64,000 nucleotides of DNA from an uncultured Steroidobacteraceae bacterium. Lineage in GTDB: Bacteria; Pseudomonadota; Gammaproteobacteria; Steroidobacterales; Steroidobacteraceae. Made by a program: the position numbers and the translations under genes. The stretch spans positions 3,842-67,841 of the forward strand of contig CAZKLS010000002.1 of assembly GCA_964553405.1 (NCBI GenBank), read 5' to 3'. Numbering within the stretch: the stretch's first letter is position 1; each line of letters starts with the position of its first letter. Shown piece by piece: positions 45,494-55,261 of this stretch. The notes beneath the pieces are model-generated. The model searched no databases and had not been told where the DNA came from. It was given only the letters and a program-made list of their open reading frames with translations.

Positions 45494-46146
45494 CGGGCGA
45501 TCTCGGCCGCCGGAAGATCAGGCCCGAGGTAGTGCACCTTGAAGCCGCGGCTCGCACAGAGGATGGCCGACATCAGCAGGCCGAGCTCGTGGCGTTCTCC
45601 CTCCAGCGTCGCGAAGACGATCGCGCGGCCGTGCGAGTTGCGATCGAAGGTGTCGAGGAACAGGCCGAGGTGCTTGCGCACGGCCCCGGAAACCAGTCGT
45701 TCCTGGGCAATCGAGAACTGCCCGCGGTGCCAGCGATTGCCGACTTCGGTCAGCAGCGGCTTCAGCACCTCGTCGAAGAGCTGCGGTGCGCTCATCAGCG
45801 AGATCGCGAGCGTCAGGCACTGTTCGCAGTCCGCCGGGCGGAAACGTTCGGCGGCTTCGAGCATCCGGCGCACCAGCACGTTGCCAGGTGTCGTGGAGCT
45901 GCCGTCGGCGGGTGCCTGAAGCAGCTCCGCGAGCTCGTGCTCGTCGAGCTGCGACAGGCGCCCGATCGGGTGCCCTCGCTCCGTGGCCTCGCGGAGCCGC
46001 CGGAGCCGAATGACGTCCTCTGCCCGGTAGACCCGTCGGCCCGAAGCATCCCTGCCCGGGACCACGACCGCATAGCGGCGTTCCCAGGCGCGAAGCGTCT
46101 CGACGCTCAGCCCAGTGGCCTCGGACACCGCCTTGATGGAGAACAT
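45259..46146 (-). CDS. MerR-family regulator with C-terminal cobalamin-binding domain (CarH/LitR-like)
   Basis: MFSIKAVSEATGLSVETLRAWERRY (MerR HTH), NRWHRGQFSIAQER helical-bundle motif, and EGERHELG (ExHxxG B12 lower-ligand motif) 47 residues after the Trp. Confidence 0.8.
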   Translation of the reverse strand: MFSIKAVSEATGLSVETLRAWERRYAVVVPGRDASGRRVYRAEDVIRLRRLREATERGHPIGRLSQLDEHELAELLQAPADGSSTTPGNVLVRRMLEAAERFRPADCEQCLTLAISLMSAPQLFDEVLKPLLTEVGNRWHRGQFSIAQERLVSGAVRKHLGLFLDTFDRNSHGRAIVFATLEGERHELGLLMSAILCASRGFKVHYLGPDLPAAEIARYAREVGASVVALSVVLQDGLPVLSEALRELVAGITPEQAVWLGGSAVERLDAAATPERCTIVRDPFELERRLEMLAA

Positions 46147-46213
46147 GGCCGTCAATGATACGTTTGCCGGATTAGATGTAAAGATAATATGCACCTAAAT
46201 GCTGGACAAAGTA

Positions 46214-46242
46214 TTGACAACATGCGCCGACTGTGGGATCGT
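46214..46242 (+). promoter_or_regulatory. Candidate sigma70 promoter on the plus strand (TTGACA-N17-GATCGT)
   Basis: Perfect -35 at 46214-46219. The weak -10 at 46237-46242 retains A2, T3 and T6. No plus-strand CDS follows. Confidence 0.3.
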
Positions 46243-46268
46243 TCAGCCGTCAACGATGACCCCCGTTC

Positions 46269-46299
46269 GGGCGGACCTCCGGTCCGCCCTTCTTTTTTT
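46269..46299 (+). terminator. Rho-independent terminator oriented on the plus strand
   Basis: 9-bp GC stem GGGCGGACC/GGTCCGCCC (46269-46277 / 46281-46289), 3-nt loop, then TTCTTTTTTT (46290-46299). On the minus strand the hairpin is followed by GAACGGGGG, with no U-tract. Confidence 0.6.
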
Positions 46300-46331
46300 C
46301 GGGACCTGTCGGGACGGGCCGGCCGGTCAGG

Positions 46332-48356
46332 TCATGCCGGCCGCTGTATGACCGGGTGCTCGCCGGTGTCCTGCCGACGGATCAGGTCGAGGAACTCGCC
46401 CGAGGACAACGGCTCGCCGAACAGGCGCCCCTGCCCGTACTGGCACCCGCTGTGCAGCAGGAACGCGCGCTGCTCGTCCGTCTCGATGCCTTCGGCCAGC
46501 ACCTGCAGTCCCAGGCTGCGTCCCATCTCGATGATCGTGCGCACGATTGTCGCATCGTCCGGGTCGCTCGCCGCGTTGGTGACGAAGGAGCGGTCGATCT
46601 TCAGCGTACCGATCGGGAACTGCTGCAGCGCGCTGAGGCTGGAATAGCCTGTGCCGAAGTCGTCGATCGACAGGTGCACGCCCATCGCGCGCAGCTCGTC
46701 GAGCAGCGGCAGCGTACGGTCCGCGTCCAGCATCAACGTCGTCTCGGTGATCTCGAGCTCGACGCAGGCCGGCGAGACGTCGTGCTTCTCGAACACCGAG
46801 CGGCAGCGCGGAATGAAGCTCGCCTGGCTCAGCTCCTTCAGCGAGAGGTTGATCGCCACGCGGCCGGGGTCGTCGACCTTCCGTCGCCAGCTCGAATAGT
46901 CGCTGCACACCTGGTCGAGCACCCAGGCGCCGATGTCGAGGATCAGCCTCGATTCCTCGGCCAGCGGGATGAACTGCGACGGCGCGATGTCGCCATGTCC
47001 CGGCAGGCGCCATCGGATCAGTGCCTCGGCACCCACGACCCGGCGGCTGTCGAGATCGACCTTGGGCTGATAGCGCAGGATGAACTCGCCCCGCTCGACG
47101 GCGCGCCTGAGCTTGCTCCGCAGAAGCAGCCGCTCGACGGCCGAGGCATTCATCTCCGGCGTGTAGAAGACGTGGCAATGGCGGCCCGCGCGCTTCGCGT
47201 GGTACATGGCCGCGTCTGCGTCGCGGATCAGGTCGATGACGTTGTCCGCGTCCTCGGGCGCCGTCGCGATGCCGATGCTCGCCGTGACCTCGATCTCGTG
47301 CTCGCCGGCGTGCAGTGGCCGCGCGATCTCCGCGAGCACGAGCCGGGCGAGGGATGCGGCCTGCTCGTGACGCGCGGCCGGGTCGGGGCCGTCTTCGGCG
47401 AAGATCGCGAACTCGTCGCCGGCGAGCCTGCCGACCACCGAGTCCTTCGGCAGCAGCCGCGTCAGTCGCTCGCTCACGATCTCCAGCACGCGGTCGCCGG
47501 CGCCGTGCCCGAACGTGTCGTTGATGTCCTTGAAATTGTCCAGGTCCACGTACAGCAGCGCCACGCCCTGCGACTGGCGGAGCCTGCGCGTGATGGCCTG
47601 GTGGAGCAGGTGCTGGAACTGCATCCGGTTCGGCATCTTGGTCAGCGCGTCGAAGCGCGCGAGGTAGCGGATGCGGCGCTCGGCGCGCTTGCGTTCCGTG
47701 ATGTCGCGCAGCACGTAGATCGTGCCGCGGAACGAGGCCTCGGCATCCCCGATTTCCGCGGCCGAGACGGAGACCGGGATCGTCTGGCCCGGGCCGGTCC
47801 GGATCACGGTTTCCCCGACGCCCTCGCGCACCTTATCCGGGTCGAACGCCGCCCTGTGCTCGGCTGCGATCAGCGACAGCAGGTCGCGGTCGACCAGCAT
47901 CTCGCGCCCGCAGCCGAACAGCTGCAGCGCCGCATGGTTCGCATTGCGGATCCGGCCCTCCGGCGAGGCGACCAGCACCGCGTCGCGCATGCTGTTGAGC
48001 AGCGTGTTCAGGTAGTCGCGGGAGATCGTCGTCCTGCGCAGCGCTTCGCGCATCCGCTCGAGCGCCTCCTCCAGCTTCGCGACCTCTCTCACGCCGCTGC
48101 GCGGCACCGGTTCCTGATGAAAGCCGCTGCCGATGCGCTCGGCGCTGGACATCAGCCGGGTCATCGCACGGTCGATCCGCTGGATCAGCAGCAGCGTCAC
48201 GCCGGCCCCGAGCAGCGACAGCAGGATGCCGATGCCGACGATCGGGAGAACGTTGCGCTCGCCGAGCGCCACCGTGGCCGCGACGGCTGCCGTCACCAGC
48301 AGGCCCATCAGCAGCACGGCCGTCACGTAGCGGGCTTTCAAGCCGGTCCCGCGCAT
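46332..48356 (-). CDS. Membrane-anchored HAMP-like/PAS/GGDEF/EAL c-di-GMP signalling protein
   Basis: Two TM helices; PAS (LLNSMRDAVLVASPEGRIRNAN); GGDEF domain with the variant motif RLAGDEF; EAL domain (GAEALIRW, DDFGTGYSSL, KIDRSF, EGIET). Start at MRGTGLKARY (48356). Confidence 0.85.
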   Translation of the reverse strand: MRGTGLKARYVTAVLLMGLLVTAAVAATVALGERNVLPIVGIGILLSLLGAGVTLLLIQRIDRAMTRLMSSAERIGSGFHQEPVPRSGVREVAKLEEALERMREALRRTTISRDYLNTLLNSMRDAVLVASPEGRIRNANHAALQLFGCGREMLVDRDLLSLIAAEHRAAFDPDKVREGVGETVIRTGPGQTIPVSVSAAEIGDAEASFRGTIYVLRDITERKRAERRIRYLARFDALTKMPNRMQFQHLLHQAITRRLRQSQGVALLYVDLDNFKDINDTFGHGAGDRVLEIVSERLTRLLPKDSVVGRLAGDEFAIFAEDGPDPAARHEQAASLARLVLAEIARPLHAGEHEIEVTASIGIATAPEDADNVIDLIRDADAAMYHAKRAGRHCHVFYTPEMNASAVERLLLRSKLRRAVERGEFILRYQPKVDLDSRRVVGAEALIRWRLPGHGDIAPSQFIPLAEESRLILDIGAWVLDQVCSDYSSWRRKVDDPGRVAINLSLKELSQASFIPRCRSVFEKHDVSPACVELEITETTLMLDADRTLPLLDELRAMGVHLSIDDFGTGYSSLSALQQFPIGTLKIDRSFVTNAASDPDDATIVRTIIEMGRSLGLQVLAEGIETDEQRAFLLHSGCQYGQGRLFGEPLSSGEFLDLIRRQDTGEHPVIQRPA

Positions 48357-48592
48357 ACTCGGCTCGGGCCTCCCGTTTGCTGCGGCAGTGGGTGATTGGA
48401 CCAACGCGCACCGCAGTCGTTCTTTTCGCTTCCTGCGCCCGACCGATGATAGTCGTGCGGGGCCGGCGTGAAAACGCGGATTCACTGCGATTTTGGACTG
48501 AATAGTGACAAATTTTCCGACACTGGCCGATCGCGCTGGCGTCGGACCCCGTCTCGGCTATCCTCACGGCCGGTGACAAAGACGATCCGGCG

Positions 48593-49285
48593 ATGAACGA
48601 ATACGAACTGACCGGCCGCGCAAGGACCCACGTCGTGGAACTCGAGCAGCCGCGCGCCGTGCTGCACTACGAGTCGGTCGCGTCCTTCCTCGCGATGCGC
48701 GAGGAGGCGGCGCGCCAGGGAATCGACCTGGTGCCGGTCTCCGCGTTCCGCGACTTCGACCGGCAGGTCCTGCTGTGGAACCGCAAGTGGAGCGGCGATC
48801 GCGTCCTGCACGACCGCCAGGGCCGCCCGATCGATCCCGCGGGACTCGACGACTCGCAGCGCGTGGACGCCATCCTGTGCTGGTCGGCGGTACCCGGCGG
48901 AAGCCGGCACCACTGGGGTTCGGACCTCGACGTCATCGATGCCGCGGCGATGCCGCCCGGCTACCAGGTCCAGCTGCTGCCGTCGGAGTACGCGCCGGAC
49001 GGCGTGTTCGGCCGGCTCGCTGAATGGCTGCAGCGAAACGTCGCGCGCTTTGGTTACTACCACCCCTACGCGAGCGATCGCTGCGGCGCCGGGGTCGAGC
49101 CGTGGCACCTGAGCTACGCACCGGTCGCAAACCGCGCGCTGGAGGAGTTGACGCTGCCGGTGCTCAAGCGCGCGATCTCCGGCAGCGAGATGCTGGGCAA
49201 GGAGCGCGTGCTCGAGCGCCTGCCCGAGATCTATACGCGCTTCGTGCTGGCCGTGGATCCGCCGACGCGGGTCGGGTCGGCCTGA
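48593..49285 (+). CDS. Peptidase M15 family (VanY/D-Ala-D-Ala carboxypeptidase-like), no signal peptide
   Basis: SAFRDFDRQVLLWN, SRHHWGSDLDV, EPWHLSY metal-site motifs. Confidence 0.75.
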   Translation: MNEYELTGRARTHVVELEQPRAVLHYESVASFLAMREEAARQGIDLVPVSAFRDFDRQVLLWNRKWSGDRVLHDRQGRPIDPAGLDDSQRVDAILCWSAVPGGSRHHWGSDLDVIDAAAMPPGYQVQLLPSEYAPDGVFGRLAEWLQRNVARFGYYHPYASDRCGAGVEPWHLSYAPVANRALEELTLPVLKRAISGSEMLGKERVLERLPEIYTRFVLAVDPPTRVGSA

Positions 49286-49347
49286 GCGCCCGGCTCGGCT
49301 ATCCTAGCCTGCAGTGGCGCCGCCCGCGGCGCGACCGGGGTCTGCAG

Positions 49348-49656
49348 ATGCGCAAGGTCTACACCGCAGAGTCGCTGGTCGAGATCGCTCACCTGCGAAA
49401 CGTGCTCGAGTCGGCCGGGATCCGCTGCTCGGTACGCAATGACCGACTGGCCGGGGTCGTCGGCGAGATTCCGTTCGTGGAGTGCTGGCCGGAACTGTGG
49501 ATCAGCAACCCCGCAGACCTGCTGCGAGCGCGGGACCTGATCGCGGAACTCACGCGCGCCGGCCCGGGCGGCGCGGCCTGGACCTGCGGGGGCTGCGGCG
49601 AGTCGATCGAGCCGCAGTTCGCGGTCTGCTGGAAATGCGGGCACGCGCATGACTGA
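49348..49656 (+). CDS. DUF2007-like small protein with C-terminal CxxC...CxxC zinc ribbon
   Basis: MRKVYTAESLVEIAHLRNVLESAGIRC...WTCGGCGESIEPQFAVCWKCGH. Confidence 0.6.
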   Translation: MRKVYTAESLVEIAHLRNVLESAGIRCSVRNDRLAGVVGEIPFVECWPELWISNPADLLRARDLIAELTRAGPGGAAWTCGGCGESIEPQFAVCWKCGHAHD

Positions 49657-50383
49657 GGCGGCGCGGACCCTCAGCATCCCGCGGCGGTTCCGTGGACCGC
49701 CGAATTCCGCCAACGGCGGCTACCTGAGCGGCGCATTCTCGGTTGCCGCCGGTACGGACCTGCGCACGAGGCTGCTGCGACCGCCGCCGCTGGAGCAGCC
49801 GCTGGCGGTGATCGAGGGACCCCCGGGCGAATGGCGGCTCGAGGGACCGGACGGCGTCGTCGCAACCGGCAGCGCGGCGCGTCTCGAGCTCGAGGTGCCA
49901 GCACCGCCCGGCTACGTGCAGGCCGTCTGGGCTTCGCAGCACTACGCCGGTTTCCGGGAGCACACCTTTCCCGAGTGCTTCGTCTGCGGCCCGCATCGCC
50001 GTCGTGGCGACGGGCTGCGCATCTTCCCGGGCATGCTGGACAACGGCATGGTCGCGGGCCCATGGCTGCCGTCGGACTGGCTCGGCGAGGGCACGGACAA
50101 GGTCGCGGTCGTGCATCACTGGGCCGCCCTCGATTGCCCGGGCTACTTCGCAGTCTCGGGTGGGCGGCGCAGCATGCTGCTCGGCGAGATGCTCGCGCAC
50201 GTCGACCGGCCCGTGCACGTCGGCGAGCCGTGCACCGTGATCGGCTGGCGGACCGCTGCCGCCGAGGGCCGCAAGCACTATGCGGGCACCGCCATCTTCG
50301 ACGAGGACGGCGAGCTCTGCGCGCGTGCCCGCGCGACCTGGATCGAGCTGCGGCCGGAGTCAGCCGGGGCCGACGCCGGCTGA
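49649..50383 (+). CDS. Hotdog-fold (thioesterase-like) protein
   Basis: FPECFVCGPHRRRGDGLRIFPG... and AALDCPGYF resemble PaaI/FcoT-like hotdog proteins. 8-nt overlap with the upstream gene. The family call is tentative. Confidence 0.5.
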   Translation: MTEAARTLSIPRRFRGPPNSANGGYLSGAFSVAAGTDLRTRLLRPPPLEQPLAVIEGPPGEWRLEGPDGVVATGSAARLELEVPAPPGYVQAVWASQHYAGFREHTFPECFVCGPHRRRGDGLRIFPGMLDNGMVAGPWLPSDWLGEGTDKVAVVHHWAALDCPGYFAVSGGRRSMLLGEMLAHVDRPVHVGEPCTVIGWRTAAAEGRKHYAGTAIFDEDGELCARARATWIELRPESAGADAG

Positions 50384-50440
50384 GGCGCTGCAGACGGATC
50401 GTCGCGGCTCATCCGTCCGCGGGGGCTTCGACAGCGGGGG

Positions 50441-52081
50441 TCAGTCGCCGGTACGTGCCAGCACGATGCCGAGCAGGCCTGCGCCGAGCAGCACGATGCC
50501 GGCGACCGGCGCCGCGCCGACGGCCAGCCAGACGATGCCGCCGAGCAGCGTGGCGGCGGCCACCAGCGTCGAGTCCCGCCGCCTCGCGCTCGCGCGCAGC
50601 TCGCGCCGCAGCTCCTCGACGCCCGCCTGTTCCACCTTGAGCCGGAAATCGCCCTCGGAGGCCTGCTGCAGGAACTGCTGCAGCACCTGCGGCGTCATCC
50701 GGATCGCCTCGCTCAGCTCCGGCAGCTGCTGCCGCAGCTGCTGTGCGAGCGTGCGACCGCTCAGCCGGTCGGCGGCCCATTCCTTGAGGACCGGCTGCGC
50801 GGTCTTCCACAGGTCGAGCTCGGGGTAGAGCTGCCGGCCGAGCCCTTCGATCTGCAGCAGCGTCTTCTGCAGCAGGATCAGCTGCGGCTGGACCCGCATC
50901 TGGAAGCGACGCGCCGTCTCGAACAGTCGCAGCAGGACCTGACCGAACGAGATCTCCGACAGCGGTTTGTTGAAGATCGGTTCGCACACGGTGCGCACGG
51001 CCGACTCGAGCTCGTCGACGCGCGTGTCGGCCGGAACCCAGCCGGAATCGACGTGCAGGCGCGCGACCCGATGATAGTCGCGGTCGAAGAAGGCCAGGAA
51101 GTTCTCGGCCAGGTAGTGCTGGTCCCGCGCGTCCAGCGTGCCGACGATGCCGAAGTCGACGGCCGCGTACTGCGGGCGATCGGGATCCTCGAGCCGCACG
51201 AAGATGTTTCCAGGGTGCATGTCCGCGTGGAAGAAGTTGTGGCGGAACACCTGCGTGAAGAAGATCTTCACGCCGTTCTCGGCGAGCCGCTGGATGTTCG
51301 CGCCGCGGGCGCGGAGCTCGACGAGGTCGTTGACCAGCACGCCGTGGATGCGCTCCATCACCATCACGTCGCTGCGGCAGTAGTCCCAGTAGACCTGCGG
51401 CACGTACAGCAGGTCGGAGCCCTCGAAGTTGCGCCTGAGCTGGGCGGCGTTGGCGGCCTCGCGCATCAGGTCGAGCTCGTCGAGGATCGTCTTCTCGTAC
51501 TCCTTTACGACCTCGACCGGGCGCAGTCGCTGCCCCTCGCTGGCGTAGTCGCGCGCGAGCCGTGCCAGCTGGTACATCACCTCGAGGTCCATCTCGATGC
51601 GTGCGCGCACGCCGGGCCGGAGGACCTTCACGACGACGTCCTCGCCGGAGCGAAGCCGCGCGGCGTGCACCTGGGCGATGGAAGCGGCGGCCAGCGGCTG
51701 CTCGTCGAACTGCTCGAAGACCTCGGCCAGCGGCCGACCGTAGGCGCGCTCGATCAGCCTGCGCGCCTCGGCGCCCGGGAACGGCGGCACCCGGTCCTGG
51801 AGCTTCTCGAGTTCGTCCGCGATGTCCGGCGGCAGCAGGTCGCGCCGGGTCGACAGTGCCTGGCCGAACTTGACGAAGATCGGCCCGAGCTCCTCCAGCG
51901 CGAGCCGGATCCGCTCTCCGGTCGATCCACCCTTGCGCCGCTCGAACCAGGTCGCCGGCGAGAGATAGAAGGCGAAGCGCAGCGGGCGAAACAGGTGAGT
52001 GGCGAGGATGATCTCGTCGAGGCCGTGTCTCACCAGTACCCGCTGGATCTGCAGCAGGCGGCCCAGCGTGCGCGGCCTCAT
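50441..52081 (-). CDS. ubiB: Ubiquinone biosynthesis ABC1/UbiB-family kinase-like protein
   Basis: [42 protein letters not shown], two C-terminal TM helices. Start at MRPRTLGRL (52081), overlapping the ubiJ stop. Confidence 0.9.
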   Translation of the reverse strand: MRPRTLGRLLQIQRVLVRHGLDEIILATHLFRPLRFAFYLSPATWFERRKGGSTGERIRLALEELGPIFVKFGQALSTRRDLLPPDIADELEKLQDRVPPFPGAEARRLIERAYGRPLAEVFEQFDEQPLAAASIAQVHAARLRSGEDVVVKVLRPGVRARIEMDLEVMYQLARLARDYASEGQRLRPVEVVKEYEKTILDELDLMREAANAAQLRRNFEGSDLLYVPQVYWDYCRSDVMVMERIHGVLVNDLVELRARGANIQRLAENGVKIFFTQVFRHNFFHADMHPGNIFVRLEDPDRPQYAAVDFGIVGTLDARDQHYLAENFLAFFDRDYHRVARLHVDSGWVPADTRVDELESAVRTVCEPIFNKPLSEISFGQVLLRLFETARRFQMRVQPQLILLQKTLLQIEGLGRQLYPELDLWKTAQPVLKEWAADRLSGRTLAQQLRQQLPELSEAIRMTPQVLQQFLQQASEGDFRLKVEQAGVEELRRELRASARRRDSTLVAAATLLGGIVWLAVGAAPVAGIVLLGAGLLGIVLARTGD

Positions 52082-52689
52082 GCGTCGCGACCCGCGCTCT
52101 TCGAGCGTCGCTCGAGCCCTGCAAGGCGCGCCTCGAGCCGCTCGACGTCGTCGCGGAGCCGGTCTACGCCGGCCAGGAATTCCTCGGTCTCGACCCGGGT
52201 CGGCAGATCGCGGCCCTCTTCCTGCAGGAACTCGACGACGTTGGTCGCGAGTGAATCGGTGGCCGCACGACCCCACTCGAGCAGGCCGCGCCCGAAGCGT
52301 GCGATCCGGTGCGCCGCGACGTCGCCCAGCACCCGCGCCAGTTCCTCCTCGACGTCGGGGCGCGCGACGGCGAGCAGTTCCCGGAACGCCTGCGCGACCT
52401 CCGCGTCGCCCTCGATGCGCACGGTGCCGCCCCTCAGGCCGCCCTCGGCCCGCGGGCCGGCCAGCATCAGCAGCGACAGCGGCGTGCCGGCGAGGCTCGC
52501 ATCGACGTCGCCGTCGTGCCGCGTGAGGATCGAGAGCCGCCCTTCGCGGGCGGTGAAATAGAGGCTGAGCGGCGTATCCTGCGCGACCAGCGACATCACG
52601 CGCCCGTCGAGCCGTCGGACCAGCGTCTGCGCCCGCCGCGAATCCGCGACGTTCCGGTTCAGCGCCTGCTCCAGTCGCTCGAGCAGCAT
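52078..52689 (-). CDS. ubiJ: Ubiquinone biosynthesis accessory factor UbiJ (SCP2 domain)
   Basis: Position between ubiE and ubiB. N-terminus [34 protein letters not shown]. 203 aa. Confidence 0.75.
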   Translation of the reverse strand: MLLERLEQALNRNVADSRRAQTLVRRLDGRVMSLVAQDTPLSLYFTAREGRLSILTRHDGDVDASLAGTPLSLLMLAGPRAEGGLRGGTVRIEGDAEVAQAFRELLAVARPDVEEELARVLGDVAAHRIARFGRGLLEWGRAATDSLATNVVEFLQEEGRDLPTRVETEEFLAGVDRLRDDVERLEARLAGLERRSKSAGRDA

Positions 52690-52690
52690 C

Positions 52691-53470
52691 TCAGTACCGG
52701 TAGCCCTTGTGCAGCGCCACGATGCCGCCGCTCAGGTTGTGGTGGCGGCAGTCCTCCAGGCCGGCGTCCCGCATCATTTCGAGAAGTGCCTGCTGGTCCG
52801 GAAAGCGGCGAATGGACTCCGCGAGATAGCGGTAACTGTCGGCGTCGCCGGCGACGCGCCGACCCAGCCACGGCAGGATGCTGAACGAATAGACGTCGTA
52901 GGCCGATCGCAGGACCGGGATCAGCGGTTTCGAGAACTCGAGCACCAGCAGGCGACCGCCCGGCTTGAGCACCCGTCGCATCGAGGCGAGGGCCGCGGCC
53001 TTGTCCGTCACGTTCCTGAGACCGAAGCCGATCGTGACGCAGTCGAAGCTCGCATCGGCGAACGGCAGGCGCTCCGCATCGGCGATGGCGCAGCGCACAT
53101 TGTCGAGCAGTCCCTCGTCGAGCAGCCGGTCCCGTCCGACCGCGAGCATCGCCGAGTTGATGTCCGAGAGGACCACGAGCCCGGTTTCGCCGACCTGCCG
53201 GGCCATGCCCGCGGCGAGATCGCCGGTGCCGCCGGCGACGTCCAGCGCCGACTGCCCTGTCCGCAGACCCGTCTGCGCGAGCGCAAAGCGCTTCCACAGG
53301 CGGTGGATGCCCGCGGACATCAGGTCGTTCATCAGGTCGTACTTGCCCGCGACCGAATCGAACACGGCCCTGACGCGCTTCGCCTTCTCGGGAGCTGCAA
53401 CCTGCTCGTAGCCGAAGTCCACCGTGTCGGTGGAGCCGTCATCCGGGGGCTGGCGGGTCGGTTCGCTCAT
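52691..53470 (-). CDS. ubiE: Ubiquinone/menaquinone C-methyltransferase
   Basis: [37 protein letters not shown] (SAM motif), [13 protein letters not shown]-terminus. Alternative start at 53482. Confidence 0.9.
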   Translation of the reverse strand: MSEPTRQPPDDGSTDTVDFGYEQVAAPEKAKRVRAVFDSVAGKYDLMNDLMSAGIHRLWKRFALAQTGLRTGQSALDVAGGTGDLAAGMARQVGETGLVVLSDINSAMLAVGRDRLLDEGLLDNVRCAIADAERLPFADASFDCVTIGFGLRNVTDKAAALASMRRVLKPGGRLLVLEFSKPLIPVLRSAYDVYSFSILPWLGRRVAGDADSYRYLAESIRRFPDQQALLEMMRDAGLEDCRHHNLSGGIVALHKGYRY

Positions 53471-53517
53471 GGAACGCGACATTCTACCCGCAGCCGACGT
53501 ACCGGCGCCCGCTTCGG

Positions 53518-53913
53518 TCAGCGTGCCGGGTGGCCCCGGCCCTTGCCGGGCACCGGCGTCGGATAGGGGAGGCCCAGCTTGGCCAGACGCTCCAGGTAGG
53601 AGCGCCATTTGTCCTCGTAGGTCGCGCCGAGCTCGTGCAGGTAGTCCCAGACGTAGAGCCCGGTGTCGTGCCCGTCGTCGAACACCAGCCGGACGGCGTA
53701 GTTGCCGACCGGGTCGACCGACCGGATGCCCACCTCGTGCTTGCCGACCTGCAGGGTCTCCTGTCCCGGCCCGTGGCCACGCACCTCGGCGGAGGGCGAA
53801 TAGACGCGCAGGTACTCGAACGGCAACTCGAACCGCGAGCCGTCGTCGAAGGCGACCTCGAGCACGCGCGAGCGCGTGCGCAGCTTGATCTCCGTGGGGG
53901 TTCTTTCGCTCAT
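53518..53913 (-). CDS. DUF971 (gamma-butyrobetaine hydroxylase-like N-terminal domain) protein
   Basis: [28 protein letters not shown]...[22 protein letters not shown]. Confidence 0.75.
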   Translation of the reverse strand: MSERTPTEIKLRTRSRVLEVAFDDGSRFELPFEYLRVYSPSAEVRGHGPGQETLQVGKHEVGIRSVDPVGNYAVRLVFDDGHDTGLYVWDYLHELGATYEDKWRSYLERLAKLGLPYPTPVPGKGRGHPAR

Positions 53914-53917
53914 GTGC

Positions 53918-55258
53918 TCACAGTATGTATCGTGCGAGATCCTGGTCGCGAGCGAGTTCGCCGAGGTTCTTTTCCACGAAATCCGCGTCCACGACCAGGC
54001 TGTTGCCCGCGCGGTCCGAGGCCTCGAAGGACACGCCGTCGAGCAGTCGTTCCATCACGGTGTGCAGGCGCCGCGCGCCGATGTTCTCCGTCCGCTGGTT
54101 GACGTCGTACGCGACCTCGGCGATGCGCCGGACGCCGCCGGGATCGAACTCGAGCCGCACGCCCTCGGTAGCGAGCAGCGCCGTGTACTGCGTGCAGAGC
54201 GATGCGTCGGGCTCGGTCAGGATCCGCACGAAGTCCTCGGCCTGCAGCGCCTCGAGCTCGACCCGGATCGGGAAGCGCCCCTGCAGCTCGGGGATCAGGT
54301 CGGAGGGCTTCGAGGTGTGGAACGCCCCGGAGGCGATGAACAGCACGTGGTCGGTCTTCACCATCCCGTGCTTGGTGCTGACGGTACAGCCCTCGACCAG
54401 CGGCAGCAGGTCGCGCTGCACGCCTTCGCGGGAAACGTCCGCGCCCATCGTTTCCTGGCGGCGCGCGATCTTGTCGATCTCGTCGATGAACACGATCCCG
54501 TTCTGTTCGGCATTGCGCAGCGCCTGGACCTTCAGCTCGTCCTCGTTGATCAGCTTGGCGGCTTCCTCCTCGGTCAGCAGCTTCATCGCCTCGCGCACGC
54601 TGAGCTTGCGCGAGCGTGTGCGCTCTCCGCCGAGACTCGAGAAGATGCCCTGCAACTGCTGCGAGAGTTCCTCCATGCCGGGCGGCGCCATGATCTCGAC
54701 GCCCATCGGCACGACGCGCAGCTCGACGTCGATCTCGCGGTCGTCGAGTTGTCCCTCGCGCAGCATCTTCCGGAAGCGCTGCCGCGTGTCGCTTTCGCGT
54801 TCCGGCGGGTTCGCGGGCTCGGTGCCGAAGCCGACCGGGCGCGGGCGTGGCAGCAGCGCGTCCAGCACCCGCTCCTCGGCGGAGTCCATGGCCCGGTGCC
54901 GCACCTTGTCCATCTCCTGCTCGCGCGTCAGCTTCACCGCGACGTCGACGAGGTCCTTGACGATCGAGTCCACCTCGCGCCCGACGTAGCCGACCTCGGT
55001 GAACTTGGTGGCCTCGACCTTGACGAACGGCGCGTTGGCGAGCCGGGCGAGACGCCGGGCGATCTCGGTCTTGCCGACGCCGGTCGGACCGATCATCAGG
55101 ATGTTTTTCGGCGTGATCTCGGCGCGCAGGTCCTCGTCCACCTGCATCCTGCGCCAGCGGTTGCGCAGCGCGATGGCGACGGCGCGCTTCGCGGCCTGCT
55201 GTCCGACGATGTGCTTGTCCAGTTCCTGGACGATCTCCCGGGGGGTCATCGACGACAC
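53918..55258 (-). CDS. hslU: ATP-dependent protease ATPase subunit HslU
   Basis: [34 protein letters not shown]...[15 protein letters not shown]. Confidence 0.95.
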   Translation of the reverse strand: MSSMTPREIVQELDKHIVGQQAAKRAVAIALRNRWRRMQVDEDLRAEITPKNILMIGPTGVGKTEIARRLARLANAPFVKVEATKFTEVGYVGREVDSIVKDLVDVAVKLTREQEMDKVRHRAMDSAEERVLDALLPRPRPVGFGTEPANPPERESDTRQRFRKMLREGQLDDREIDVELRVVPMGVEIMAPPGMEELSQQLQGIFSSLGGERTRSRKLSVREAMKLLTEEEAAKLINEDELKVQALRNAEQNGIVFIDEIDKIARRQETMGADVSREGVQRDLLPLVEGCTVSTKHGMVKTDHVLFIASGAFHTSKPSDLIPELQGRFPIRVELEALQAEDFVRILTEPDASLCTQYTALLATEGVRLEFDPGGVRRIAEVAYDVNQRTENIGARRLHTVMERLLDGVSFEASDRAGNSLVVDADFVEKNLGELARDQDLARYIL

Positions 55259-55261
55259 GGC

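Noticed and set aside
48553-49305. Identical 12-mer CTCGGCTATCCT upstream of both the M15 peptidase gene (48553-48564) and the DUF2007 gene (49294-49305)
   Set aside because: It might be a shared -10-like element (TATCCT). However, on the order of a hundred exact 12-mer repeats are expected by chance in 64 kb of biased-composition DNA, so this alone is not significant.
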